64,000 bases of DNA from Octopus vulgaris (Eukaryota), in the NCBI GenBank assembly GCA_951406725.2, contig OX597817.1, positions 83,142,001 through 83,206,000 on the forward strand, in the 5' to 3' direction. The translations under genes were made by a program, and so were the position numbers. The first letter of the stretch is position 1. Each line of letters starts with the position of its first letter. Shown here in pieces: positions 1-12,701 of this stretch. The notes under the pieces were generated by a model. That model did not search any database. It saw nothing but the letters and a program-made list of their open reading frames with translations, and was not told the origin of the DNA.

Positions 1-490
1 ATGTGGAACACAAATACTCATATAGCCAGAGGAAAGAAATTCGGAACAGATGAGACAAGAAAGCAGTCGACAACTACTCTAACGAGTGACAAAACTGGTC
101 CTCGTACAGACTTAACTTGGCTGTAGGCTTTTTAAAATAATGATAAGCAACGTGCCTCCAAAAATCGACACCTGCTGGTTGGTGGCGGACGATTTTTCCT
201 TTATGGAAGAGAAGACTTGTATTCTGCAGTCATAGAAGGTTCAGAAACAGAACTGCTCAGGTAAAGGCACATAAAGTTTCATACAGACATGGAAATGATA
301 CCAGGCCTGATTAATCTACTAGACGATCCAAAAATACACGTTCGTCGAAGACAAAATGCAGAGGTATCACTTGTGTGGTAACACAAATCACCTCATTGAT
401 TTTTGTGTCCAGCAAAATGAAAGAAGGGATATTACCATCACCACCATCAACATCTCAACAACAATGACAACAACAAATGCAAGGAAATAA
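1..490 (+). pseudogene. Degenerate gag/ORF1-like relic of a retroelement with CCHC zinc knuckle
   Basis: Manual translation across frameshifts gives CRLFKIMISNVPPKIDTCWLVA (~122-190), MEMIPGLINLLDDPKIHV (~289-342) and RYHLCGNTNHLIDFC (362-406). The last has C-X2-C-X4-H-X4-C spacing with the first Cys mutated tgt>tat. Stops and frameshifts are present. Confidence 0.5.
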
Positions 491-978
491 TTTTATCTCG
501 GTAACTGATTGAGCAACCAGAGAGCATTACCAATTTTAGAAAAAATGCGGACACATGAGCAGTGCTTACCTGATATGAATACGTAGAATATACATTTTCT
601 TCCACTACATAAACAACATTAAAATATTCAGTAAAACATTGTCCAGATCTCAATACCCTGCTACTCTGACGACTGTGACCAGGGCTGTGACACATCTAAC
701 CTCCACAGACTCAGTGTAACCAGTGATCACCATGCGATCCTGAACATGCATTGTAGATAAACGAAAATGCCCTCTCAGTAATAATTTCCGCTAGGAAACG
801 TGAATTAAAAAAATTTGTTTCGATGATTTTAGAAAGCTAAAGTAACAAATTCATGATATAAATATTTCAATACACTCTTGCACATAAGGGAGCTTTTTAA
901 ACACGCACCAGTTCGAAAGTTATGTGCGCATGTCTGTGTATGTTATATTTACCATATACTATATATATCATATATAAT

Positions 979-1080
<102 letters not shown>

Positions 1081-1103
1081 GCATCTTTCTCTGTGTGTGT
1101 GTG

Positions 1104-1349
1104 TGCATAATTATTGAGGCATTTTTTCAACAAATTTTATTCATTTTATTCAACAAACCAATAATAACATGTAACAAAAACATATTTAAATGATTAATAC
1201 GGACCATATTCACTCTCTACTTCAAATACTGCTTCCCATTTGCTTGGCAGACGGTCAGACCGTCATGTAAATATGTTTTTGTTAAATATTGTTATTGTTT
1301 TTGTTGAATTAAATTTGTTGAAAAAAAGCCGCAATAATTATAACCCAAC
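1104..1349 (-). mobile_element. Mariner-derived MITE / internally deleted element with ~80-bp terminal inverted repeats
   Basis: Left arm cataattattgaggcattttttcaacaaa...aacaaaaacatatttaaatga is inverted to right arm tcatgtaaatatgtttttgtt...tttgttgaaaaaaagccgcaataattat. The spacer on the minus strand encodes DRLPSKWEAVFEVESEYGPY*, resembling a mariner transposase C-terminus. Confidence 0.7.
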
Positions 1350-2174
1350 TCTCTCTATATATATAGACACACATATACATTTAAAAATGTAGATATATAC
1401 ACGTGTGTGCGTCTGTGTGTCTGTAAATATGCTTGCATGATGTGAATTGGAATAGTTTCTTCAAATGTGGAAAGTGACGGAAAGCTTTCTGCGACAAGAA
1501 CATATACTTAAATGTAAGCAAACTTATATCACATTAAGGAACCGAAACGAGCTTTAGTCAATGAAATTCAGCTGCATATTGTACAGAAGAATCAGCATCA
1601 TTAATGGCAATTTCTCTCAAAAACATTCTTATGTCGATATTGTAATTTTCACCAACATATTATTGAATGTTGCTTTTCCTAAGGTCGTATGTGTTGCCAG
1701 TCGTTCGAAAGTATAGCTACTGTAAAGAATACATTACACTAAGGATACTAACAGGCCCGATATATATACGGCGTTGTCCTTGTATTTGCCAGAAATGTGT
1801 ACACTCGGGCAGATCCTTCTTATTGCTTTACTTTCTCTAATTCTCCATCCCCTCCTAAATTGCCTGCATCCTGTCACTGCATTTGCTTCTGTTCCTCTTC
1901 TTTCAGTCACTGCTTAAATTCCTCGCACCAAAATGTAAAATGCTTTATATCATTCTTCCCGTCCTGACGAAGGAAGTCGGTATTACGCAAATGTTAATAT
2001 CCATCCGTCTACTGATTATATATCAATGAATTTTTACACGTTCAATCTGCTAATTTTAAACATTACAGCTATTATGTAATTCCGAGATCCCAGATAAAAG
2101 CTGTTGAGTTAATTAACTATGCGTTCCCCACTTAATTTTCTGTATCTTTTGAACTACATGAAAAATTTATTTGT

Positions 2175-2215
<41 letters not shown>

Positions 2216-2858
2216 TGTATATATTTATATATATATAACATGCCTAATCGTGTACATCTGCATCAGTCTCTCTCTCTCTCCCTCTGTATATATACATACA
2301 CACACATCTATCTATTTATCTGTGTGTGTGTCTGTGTGTATGCATGTATTAAGTGGCCAACACACTATGAAAGTGGCCCTGAGGTCAATTCCCTCACATT
2401 TTACCGCACATCAAAGATACAGAATGAATGTGTTCATAGCAAGTCTTTCTAATATATAAATACGCGCACGCGTGTGCACACACTCATGCACATGCACGTA
2501 AATCTAATAATTTTCAAACGAAAATATTTACACATAAATGTGTGTCAATATGTCAATATTTATGATGTATATGTGTCTGTGTGTGTGAGAAAGAGAGTAT
2601 CTCTATGTGTGTGTGAGTGTGTTTAGATAGAGAGATAGATACATACATACATATATAGGCAGAGAGACAAATAGATGGACAGACAGATAAATTGATTTCT
2701 GAATGCGCATTTTTAGGATGTGTATGTGTGTAAATGTATGCACGCATTTATGCATATGTGTGGGTAACTATGTATGTATGTATGTATGTATGTATGTATG
2801 TATGTATGTATGTATGTATGTATGTATGTATGTATCTATCTATATATATATCTGTCTA

Positions 2859-2912
<54 letters not shown>

Positions 2913-2916
<4 letters not shown>

Positions 2917-2967
2917 GGTGCCCCAGCATGGCCACAGCTCATGAGCTGAAACTAGAATCAATCAATC
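2913..2967 (+). mobile_element. Isolated 3' tail of tRNA-SINE family 1 (or of its partner LINE) in a TA tract
   Basis: ggcggtgccccagcatggccacagctcatgagctgaaac matches the SINE-1 3' end ggcggtgctccagcatggccgcagtcaaatgactgaaac at ~5124-5162. Confidence 0.65.
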
Positions 2968-3074
2968 ATATATATATATATATCTTTATATGTATATATG
3001 TATATATATATATATCTTTATATATGTGTGTGTGTGTGTGCATGTATGTATTTTGGATTTATTCCCTAATATTT

Positions 3075-3168
<94 letters not shown>

Positions 3169-4162
3169 CATATATATATATGTTCTTCTGTAATATGATT
3201 TTCGATCTATTCTTACAATGAAACAAGCATGAGGTATAAACCAGATCACATATTATGGTACTCCTTTTATAGTGACGAATTAATGGTGACATAAATCAAA
3301 TCCATGGATAAACTCTACCTAATGTTTCTATATGCTATTTTAATATTAGAGAAACGGAAGCCATTGATTAAGCAGAAATATGAGAGCTACATATAAAATC
3401 ATTATATAACGCATACCATAAACGAGTTCATCTTCATATGTTCTATAGCGATCAAATCTGTAATTGAGCAATTTACCAAAATAATGATGCACATAAATTT
3501 TCCCAGTTCGACACCAAATTAGAATTACTACAACATATTTCAGACTTCCCCTTAGTCTCTAAAACATCTAAACAGCCTCTCCATGTCTAAATCGAATAAT
3601 TGGTAAATCATTGTTTTACAATAATGTGGTCGTTTTTAAAATCTATTAATACGTTCTTAATATATGCGTTATTTTTGCTGTTGACGTCATATCAGCTCCG
3701 AGGGAGGAGAGCTGTAATTAGTTACACTGAAACTGCTCTCATTTTATCTTTTTGTTTTGGAAAGATATTCTAAAGCAATGTATCCTTACATTTTAAAGGT
3801 TTTATACAAGGGAGATTTGGTTTCTATTTCTAGTAACTTGAAAAACTACGAGTGTGTATTAGTGTAGTAGTAAAGACCAGGGTTTTTAACATGTGGCATA
3901 GAATATAAATTATTTTTCGTAGTCAACGTTTCTACTTCCATCAGCAAATACTACTGTGTGGGCCCCGCCAATATAAAAGCTGAGGTTTCCACCAATATGG
4001 GATAGCCTTAACACAGGACTGTTTTTATTTATAAAATATGGTGCTTATTTTACCAATATCGTTTGCTGAACTACTCAGTTACGAGGATGAAAACATATCA
4101 GCACTGGAGTGGGACAGATATATAAAGGCACACACACACACACACACTCATATACACACATC

Positions 4163-4192
<30 letters not shown>

Positions 4193-4196
<4 letters not shown>

Positions 4197-4737
4197 AAGC
4201 CCGGTTTGGCCCGGGATTAAGTTAGGATTATTAAGCTATTCAAGGTCATTATTTCAAACCAAACTAAGTAACATCGACATCAAAGTTAAGCGAAATCCGT
4301 TGAAATTCGTAAACTTTTGGCTGAAAATGAGTTGCAGACAATTTGATTGGGAAATCTCATAACGTATCGGTTTATCGACTTTTTTTATCCTGATTAAATG
4401 GAAAACCCCATAAGGAAACAGTTTATTGATTTTTCACCCCAAATGGGACCTAACCGAACACAATATTGCTGATTCAAAATCATCTATATTTATACTTTAA
4501 AGTTGGTTTTCACACCCAACTCAATATTGCAAAATCAATGTCGCGACGGGAGCGCATGGTTTGTGAGTTTGAACGGCAGAGGTGATCAGGCTGCACATGT
4601 CAACCCTTTGAAAACACCACCCCATCATCTAATACCACTTTGCCCATGGGTTGGGAACGCTTCCAGCAAGGAAACTAGAATGCCTAAAAGGGCTCCCAAT
4701 CCTCTGTGTCAAGTGGTTATGTTCAGATCACAACTAA

Positions 4738-4750
<13 letters not shown>
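4193..4750 (-). mobile_element. Probable non-autonomous Helitron/Helentron-like element
   Basis: GC hairpin gcccggtttggcccggg at the left end (3' hairpin on the minus strand); the right end reads ...aacttttatatatat (Helitron-type TCTATATATAAAA 5' end on the minus strand). Inserted in a TA tract, no ORF; terminal CTAG not preserved. Confidence 0.45.
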
Positions 4751-4773
<23 letters not shown>

Positions 4774-4775
<2 letters not shown>

Positions 4776-5176
4776 CGCAGAAGTGGCTGTGTGGTAAGTA
4801 GCTTGTTTACCAACCGCATGGTTCCGGGTTCAGTCCCACTGCGTGGCACCTTGGGCATGTGTCTTCTGCTATAGCCTCGGGCCGACCAAAGCCTTGTGAG
4901 TGGATTTGGTAGACGGAAACTGAAAGAAGCCTGTCGTATATATGTATATATATATGTGTATGTGTGTGAGTTTCTGTGTCTGTGTTTGTCTCCCTAGCAT
5001 TGCTTGACCACCGATGCTGGTGTGTTTATGTCGCCCGTTACTTAGCGGTTCGGCAAAAGAGACCGATAGAATAAGTACTGGGCTTACAAAGAATAAGTCC
5101 CGGGGTCGAGTTGCTCGATTAAAGGCGGTGCTCCAGCATGGCCGCAGTCAAATGACTGAAACAAGTAAAAAAAGAG
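4774..5176 (+). mobile_element. tRNA-derived SINE family 1, full length
   Basis: A-box tggctgtgtggtaag, B-box ggttcagtccc, internal TA/TG microsatellite, conserved tail ...gactgaaacaagtaaaa; at least 5 other copies in the window. Confidence 0.9.
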
Positions 5177-6243
5177 TATATATATATATGGGCAACAAAC
5201 ACACACATACGTACACCCATTGCATACATGTTTTTTGTACGCATACGTGTTCGTGTGTGTGTGTGTGTGTGTGACTGAAACCATTCACAAATACATACAT
5301 AACAACCCCTCTCTATTTGTCAATAACTCACTAAAAGAGGAAATAAAAAATCTGTTATATATCGTTCTCTCTGTCTCTCTGTCTCTCTTCACACACACTA
5401 ACAAAACAACTTCTCATACACACTTCACTTTCTGTGTTGCACACCCCATGTGTGTGTGTGTGTGTGTGTTTGACGGTGCCTCCAAGGAACAGGTAGCGAT
5501 CGACAATAAGAATTCTCTTCTAGAAGAACAGGTCGTCTTTTCCTATGTGAGTCTTGAAATTGCACGAGCTTCTTCGTCCAGATTATTTTGTTTCTTTCAG
5601 TGACACAAGCACTTCTCTTAGACATTATTTTTTTTACTTTATTTTTTTCTATTGATTCTTTAGCACGGAATTTTGTTAGTGAACAGATCGCGGTCTCAAA
5701 GCAATGAAAATATTTTGACAAATTAAATTTAAATGCTGAAGTGAATCTAATGGTTTTTGTATGTTTTTAAATGGCTTATAAACACCTTCCCCGCTGCAAA
5801 TGTTATATATTTTTTTATGTATATAATTGCTTCATTCCATTTATTTATTTATTTATCTATTGTATTAGTTCCATATTACTAGTTTATATTTTGTCGTCAG
5901 GTTGTGGTGTGGGTGTATTAGTGTTCCATTCTAGTTTTCTATTTAGGCTAGGTTTATCTTCTGTTATGTTTGTAGCTTTTGTAACTTGTCTAAGTGTTGC
6001 GTCCGTTCTGTGTGTGCACAAGATTTTTACTTCTATGTTTTGGAATAAAACCCTCCAAAAATAATTATTATAAAAGACAGGGTTAAACTGTTTACTCTTC
6101 TAATAAACTTAATATACCATAAGCCAACAAGGAAACCTCTAGGTGATTATTTGATCTTCTAGAAATAACAGTCAAATCTCCTTCAAATGACACCTTACTG
6201 TTTTACAAAACATGAGCAATTTTGACAATGTAATAGTTCTCTG

Positions 6244-6412
6244 GGTGCAAGAGTGGCTGTGTAGTAAGTAGCTTGCTTGCCAACCGCATGGTTCTGGGTT
6301 CAGTCCCACTGCGTGGCATCTTGGGCAAGTGTCTTCTACTATAGCCTCGGGCCAACCAAAGCCTTGTGAGTGGATTTGGTAGATGGAAACTGAAAGAAGC
6401 CTGTTGTATGTA

Positions 6413-6463
<51 letters not shown>

Positions 6464-6490
6464 CTGTTTGTGTTTGTCCCCCTAGCATTG
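6244..6490 (+). mobile_element. SINE family 1, 5' half (interrupted at 6490)
   Basis: Near identity to 4774-5002. Confidence 0.9.
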
Positions 6491-6794
6491 TATGTTGATA
6501 TAGCATCGACGAGCTCTTCTCTTCCTTGAAGTAATTAAATACATAAACAAAATATAAGTTAATAGAAAAAAAGAAAAAGTAAGTAAATAAAAACAAATGA
6601 ATAAAATAAAATAAACGTGAATATACAGGAGATATTGATAACGCAGGTACCATACACGTCCCCACATACAAACTTACCAAACATGGACACACTCAGGGAT
6701 ATGCGCATGCGCAAATAAAGACACGTACAACAGGAACACAAAATGGCAGATGGTTAGGAAGGAGAAACGCAAAAAGAAAGAAGAAAGCAAAGAA

Positions 6795-6833
6795 CCACTG
6801 ATGAGGTCCCAGAAGTGTGACGAAAGAGCTCTG
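6795..6833 (+). ncRNA. Minimal type-I hammerhead ribozyme motif
   Basis: cca-CTGATGA-g-gtc-ccagaagtgt-gac-GAAA-gagc-TC-tgg: stem I cca/tgg, stem II gtc/gac, near-palindromic stem III, predicted CUC cleavage triplet. Confidence 0.65.
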
Positions 6834-6947
6834 GCCGAAATACAATAAATATGAAATAAGCTGAAGCAAACGAACAGCAAATAAATAGTGAGTGATTTCA
6901 TTGGCTAAATTGGCAATATGACCATCCCCAAATACAATATATATCTA

Positions 6948-8174
6948 CACGGGCTGGATAATGTAATTTCAAACAGATTTATTTTAATATAGAGTAGGAC
7001 GCCTTTGGCAGTAATTACAGCTTGAATTCTATGAGCTATGGACTCATACAAAGTTTTAATTGTTTCCAAAGGAATTTTTGTCCATTCTTTAGCTAAAACA
7101 GACTCTTGTAGTGTAGATGGTGGAGGATATCGACTACTTACTTATTTTTATAAAATGCGCGATAAATGTTCAGTAATACTGAGATCTGGGGACTGTAGTG
7201 GCCAGATAAGATGTTCAACTTCACTAGAATGTTCCTCGTGCTATTCAGTAATAACTTTGGCTGTGTGAATTGGCGCATTATCATCGCGAAAGATTGCGTT
7301 TTCCCCCGTAAACAGTTCCGCAACCATAGGATGAATTTGATCAGATAGAATGCTTAAATAGTCTTGAGTATTAATTCTGCCATGGAGAAAAACCTTTGGG
7401 CCGGCGGATTTCCAAAATATAGCACCCCAAATCATTACAGCTCCTCCTCCATGTTTAACAGTTGGAAGAAGGCAGTCTGGGTCAAATGCTTCTTTGGGAT
7501 GTCTCCACACGCACACTTGACCGGTGGTCAGAAATAAGGTAAAGGATAACTTGTCCGAGGAAATAACATTCTTCCACTGCTCTAGGGAGCAATTCTGTCG
7601 GTATTTACTCCAATCTAAACGCTTTGCAACGTTTGATTTTGAAAGTAGTGGTTTTCTGATTGCAGCCCTCCCGTGAAATCCGTTTTTGTGCAGCTCCCAG
7701 CGAAACTAGGTCTTTGAGGTGGTCATTAAGCCCTGCAGTAATTTTGGGAGCTGTACTTTTGTGATCCTTTCTAAACATTCACGTATAAGAGTCCGACAGT
7801 CCCTATCTGAAAGATTTGGTTTTCTTCCGTAGTTTTGTTTCCATGATGAGATTTTCCCCTCTTTCTCAAAGGCTGTCATTATTTTCGCGACAGTACTTCT
7901 TGAGACGCCAAACATTTCGGCTGTTTTCGTCACGCGAGCGCCTGTCATATGCGCACCAACAATTTGACCTCTTTGAAAGTCCAATAGATCTGTCATTTTA
8001 ATGAATTTTAATTACATTGTTCTAATGACGTCTGAAAAGAAACAGCAAAACATATTAAGCAACATTTATACTAAATAAAAAACATAAAAATAAACAAGCT
8101 TTTGACGGTTTTATAGATGTTTCAAAATTATTATGCTAAGATGATAGGTTTTTCGACTATTTTGTCCAACCCTG
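6948..8174 (-). mobile_element. Tc1-like DNA transposon, near full length, degenerate DD34E transposase
   Basis: ORF 7706-7996 is an N-terminal paired-HTH (FQRGQIVG...GRKP). ORF 7241-7516 has TVKHGGG-VMIWG and DDNAPIH, followed by WPLQSPDLSITE at ~7165-7205. Imperfect TIRs cacgggctggataa / ttgtccaaccctg are flanked by TA. Confidence 0.9.
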
Positions 8175-8363
8175 TATATATATATATATATATATATATA
8201 TTAATAATTTTAATTTAATTTTATAATTTTATAGTAGTTGAAAAGACATTAGCGTCTATTTCTAATTTAGTATGTGGCGAGGCACTTACCTGACTCCTGA
8301 TTATAATTATGTATATAATTATAGAATATTTTGTATACACACAGTTATATATATGTATGTATG

Positions 8364-8579
8364 TATTCTTTTATTTGTTTCAGTCATTTAACTGCGGCCA
8401 TGTTAGAGTACTGCCTTTTGTCGATCAAATCGGTCCCAGAACTTATCCTTTGCAAGCTTTGTACTTATCATATCGGTTTCTTTTCCCGAAGCGCTAAGTT
8501 ACGGGGACGTAAACACACCATCATTCATTGTTAAGCGATGTTGGGGGGGAGGAACAAACACAAACACACGCACACACAC

Positions 8580-8633
<54 letters not shown>

Positions 8634-8685
8634 ACACACACACACGTATATATATACGATGGGCTTATTTCAGTTTCCGTCTACC
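8364..8685 (-). mobile_element. SINE family 1, 3' part, diverged
   Basis: Reverse complement matches the SINE-1 tail and body, with an expanded (CA)n. Confidence 0.8.
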
Positions 8686-8702
8686 GCCATTATATATGTG
8701 TA

Positions 8703-8791
<89 letters not shown>

Positions 8792-9299
8792 GTGAATGTG
8801 TATAAAACGAAATTCTTAATATGTAGCATTGAAATTGCAAAAGAATAAAAAAAATACATGTAATAGATTATTTAACATGTATGACGCTGTGCATTAAAAT
8901 ATAGTTTTCTTTTCCATAATATACACATACAATTCACATGCTGCATAAAATTTCCTTAAATTTCTTATATTTCTCCGAATACATAAGTTTCCAAATTTCA
9001 CATTATACATTAGCATTTTTTTGTGTGTGTGTTTTAGTTTTAAAATTTAGAATGCCAGATATAGGTATAGTTTGGGTTATCATTATTTTACACTACAGTG
9101 CAATATAACGAGCTATTGTGATTTAATAACATTCTCCAGTTGTTCACATGTGGGTGTTGTTTGATATATACTATTTCCTTCTGATGTCTATTTTCTTTCA
9201 GTTGTATAACTGATAATTATCTACGGGTAATAATGTATCACTGCTGCACACATTTCGATAGAAATATGTTTAACTAAAATATATTACGTGTATGTGTGT

Positions 9300-10362
9300 C
9301 TACATGAGCCCATATGATCAGTAGACTATGCATGGATATATTACTAGGAAGCGCTGTGATGATAGTAACATCGATCATCGAAGCAGTTTAACATGAACCA
9401 ATAGCCGGAATACGACCGCCCACTTTGAAGGGTATGCGTTTGCAATCTAGGAACAAGAAATAACATTGCAATCCAGGAACAAGAAATATCAACCAAGGAC
9501 CTGATGCACAAAAGGGATACAGATGCAGGTAAAGCCGTAAAGTGTGACAACCGATGTAGCCTTTTTTCAGTTCACACTGAAGATATCACCCACTTCATAA
9601 GCAGTTGTCCGAAAATGTCATGACGTTCTAGCTAGGACACTCTATAAAGAAATCCGTCAGAAGAACAAAGTAATAAAATCCCAAGAACAAAGTAATAATA
9701 ACCCACAATATGGTAGAAGCCATAGCCACTCATAATAATAAGGAATACTGGTGGAATGTACCAGTGAAGACCTCAGTAAAATGTAAGCACAACATGTAAG
9801 CACAACATGTAAGCACAACATGTAAGCACAACCTGATATAATGGTTTGGGATAGAGAAAAGAAATTGTGCACAATTGTGGAAATTAGCAGTTGTTAACAT
9901 AAAAGATCAGTGAAAAGGAGAACACCTATGCTGAACTATTGAGAAATCTGCACTTACTCTGTCCAGATTACAAGTTTAGGTTTATACCTGTAATTATTGA
10001 GGCCTTGGGATATGTAACACACTGCCTAAATACCAATATTGAGAAATTAGGCTTCTCAAAACGAGAAAGGGGAAAGCTAATTGGAAGACTACAGATCCAG
10101 TCCATCGCTGGAACTGTAAAAGTCTGTAAAATTTTCCAAAGTTTGCCATACTAATATATATGAGTATGTCTAGATGTGCAATTATGTGCATCAGAATACA
10201 CACATAAAACATACAAATCTGCACATACATACATACATACATACAAACAAACAAAAATATCCTGTTATTGTTGTTGAAATTCCAATGAAGGAGCCTTGGA
10301 TCTATGTTAGAATCCGGCACTTTCTCTATTGGCAAGCACTCTTGAAATAAACTGAATAATGA
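9300..10362 (+). mobile_element. 5'-truncated RLE non-LTR retrotransposon (R4/Dong-related), CATA-associated lineage
   Basis: Zn-knuckle-like RCSLFSVHTEDITHFISSCPKM (~9555-9620), PDIMVWDREKKLCTIVEIS (~9832-9890), ORF 9939-10154 ([10 protein letters not shown]). The 3'UTR is followed by (CATA)/(TA) repeats. A 13-bp x4 tandem (atgtaagcacaac) lies at 9781-9832. Confidence 0.8.
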
Positions 10363-10419
10363 CATACATACATATATACATACACACATACATATATACA
10401 TATATATATACATATGTAC

Positions 10420-10539
<120 letters not shown>

Positions 10540-10561
10540 ATATAAATATATATATATATAC

Positions 10562-10596
<35 letters not shown>

Positions 10597-10600
<4 letters not shown>

Positions 10601-11662
10601 CATGACAGAAGTAAATAGACAACTCATACAACATCGTTTTATGTATATTTTAACTTGAAGAGGTATATATTTTTTATTAATTGACATTTTTATGTTTCAG
10701 GTTCGATATGTGACTGTTTAATCATGCCACTTACAAAAGAAACCTTGGAACTGTCCTAATTTCAAAGCGTATGTATTGTGGGTCAATCTGAACATGGACT
10801 TGGTCAACGAAAAATCGCAGAAAACATTGCAATTAATAGTGTGATTATGCAATTCACTAGGGAAGGAATGGAGTCCACATCACGTTGCCCAGGTCGACCA
10901 GGATTCTCTGACAGGACCCTTCGCTTTGTTAAGAGAAATATGGCTGATAATCCTCGTTGCAAGACCTCTAACATAGCAAAAGATGTTAATGTCAGTCTCA
11001 GAGCAGCTCCCAGATATCTTGGCTACTAATTTGCTATATTTTCGGACCGTGGTCGAGTGTGGGTCTGGAGACTCTGTGAACAAGAATTTGATGTGAAAAG
11101 ATTGCAGCCCGCAATGAAACACGGTAGCTATGCTGTGATGTACTGGGGAGCAATTTGGCGTTGGTGGAGTGTGAGGGAAACTTAAACACAGATAAATATG
11201 TGTCCATATACAGAGTGGTCTCCGTCCAATCTTTTCCAATGATGAAATAATAAAAGACTGTATTTATGGAAGATGGGGCTCCTTGTCATACAGTTCAAAA
11301 GACCCAAGATTGGTTGGAAGAGAATGACATTAGAAAGCTTTCATGACCAAGTCAGTCACCAAATATGATCCCTATTGAAAGCCTCTGAAGTATAATGGAC
11401 AATACGCTTCATAAAAGAATGAGAAAGCATCCTCAAATCCAGAATTCTTGAGATTACTGCATAAAATTCGTTAAGGGAATATTCCTCATCTGATCAGTAG
11501 CATGCCTAATAAGGTCCTTGCACTGAGAAATGCAAAGGGCATGTCTACTAAATGTTAGATACTCACATCATAATTATTAACAAATAATTTGAATGTATAA
11601 TTTCAGGCTTAAATAAATTTTAACAATTATAAGGGTATCTATTAACTCTTGTTATATTTGTG
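10597..11662 (+). mobile_element. Tc1-like transposon family 2, copy A (degenerate, internal deletion)
   Basis: TIRs cagacatgacagaagtaaatagac / gtatctattaactcttgttatatttgtg. ORF 10778-11029 is HTH-like (PGRP..SDRTLR); remnants MEDGAPCH (~11266) and *PSQSPNMIPIE (~11344). Flanked by TA tracts. Confidence 0.8.
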
Positions 11663-11664
11663 TC

Positions 11665-11717
<53 letters not shown>

Positions 11718-11721
<4 letters not shown>

Positions 11722-11892
11722 AGTCAAATAGCCAGATAACCGAAGAGATGGTGTTGTGGATTTCCACTTCGGCATCTGAAACTCAGAGTTTTATCTTGAC
11801 TACCGAGTAATGTAACATATTGTATAGATACATTTCCTCTATTTACATAATATTGAGGTCTCTTTCTTTCTTTTGTTATCTTACCGTTTTAT

Positions 11893-11897
<5 letters not shown>
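11718..11897 (+). mobile_element. Short HHR-containing repeat (Penelope pseudo-LTR-like) in a TA tract
   Basis: gataa-CCGAAGA-gatg...catc-t-GAAA-ctcagag-TT-ttatc (11735-11795) enclosed by the perfect 10-bp inverted repeat cggtagtcaa/ttgactaccg; homologous to 29453-29513. Confidence 0.65.
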
Positions 11898-11928
<31 letters not shown>

Positions 11929-12096
11929 ATATGAATCAGAAGCGACTCGAAGGATATAAACAATATCGAACGCACATACACAAGGTATACGTTTGATTAC
12001 TAGATCGTGTGTACTTTGCGGTTAGAGATTATAAACGCAGCCTACGCATGAATTAGCACCAGACATATATGTGTATACCTGTTTGATATTGTATAC

Positions 12097-12153
<57 letters not shown>

Positions 12154-12450
12154 TATTTACATATATATATATAATTAAATAATAAGGGTAGAAATTGATA
12201 TTAATCAATTAAAACCAGTGGCTTATCATATTAAAAAATCCGAAGATTAAAAATTGTGTTACATACAAAATTTAAAGGAATGACCACTAAAATGGATACC
12301 CTTTATGCTAAACATAGGTAATCGTTTTTTATTTCGTATATTTTCATTTGTCTTGCTTATTTTTTACGCTTTGGTTTTTTTTTTCCTGAGATTTTTCTTG
12401 AGAACACATTCTTGAAAACACATTTTTCTTGAGGGATAGAGGATACAATA

Positions 12451-12701
12451 TTAGTAAAAGAAAAACTTACTAGAGTCACGCTGACTCATAATGGCCAGTT
12501 TCCCGGTTTCATGGCGTATATATTCCCCACCTGGACGGGACACCGGTTGGTCGCAGGATTGCTCATTTTTGCCAGCTGAGTGAACTGGAGTAACATACAA
12601 TGAAGGGTTTTGCTGAAGAACACGACACATTCTCCAGTCCTGGAACCGAAACCACAGTCCTATGATCATGAGTTCAACACCCTAACCACTAAACCACGCG
12701 C
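12451..12701 (-). mobile_element. tRNA-derived SINE family 3
   Basis: The minus strand begins gcgcgtggtttagtggttagggtg (A box) ...ggtttcggttccagg (B box), then a central domain ...cctgcgaccaaccggtgtcccgtccagg..., reminiscent of Meta/V-type SINE cores. Confidence 0.7.

Noticed and set aside
4774-4845. tRNA gene-like sequence (A/B boxes)
   Set aside because: Continues into a multi-copy SINE body; I could not fit a complete cloverleaf.
10280-10335. HHR-like look in the LINE 3'UTR (ccaatgaagg...agaatccggc)
   Set aside because: Core absent; better explained as a simple 3'UTR stem-loop.
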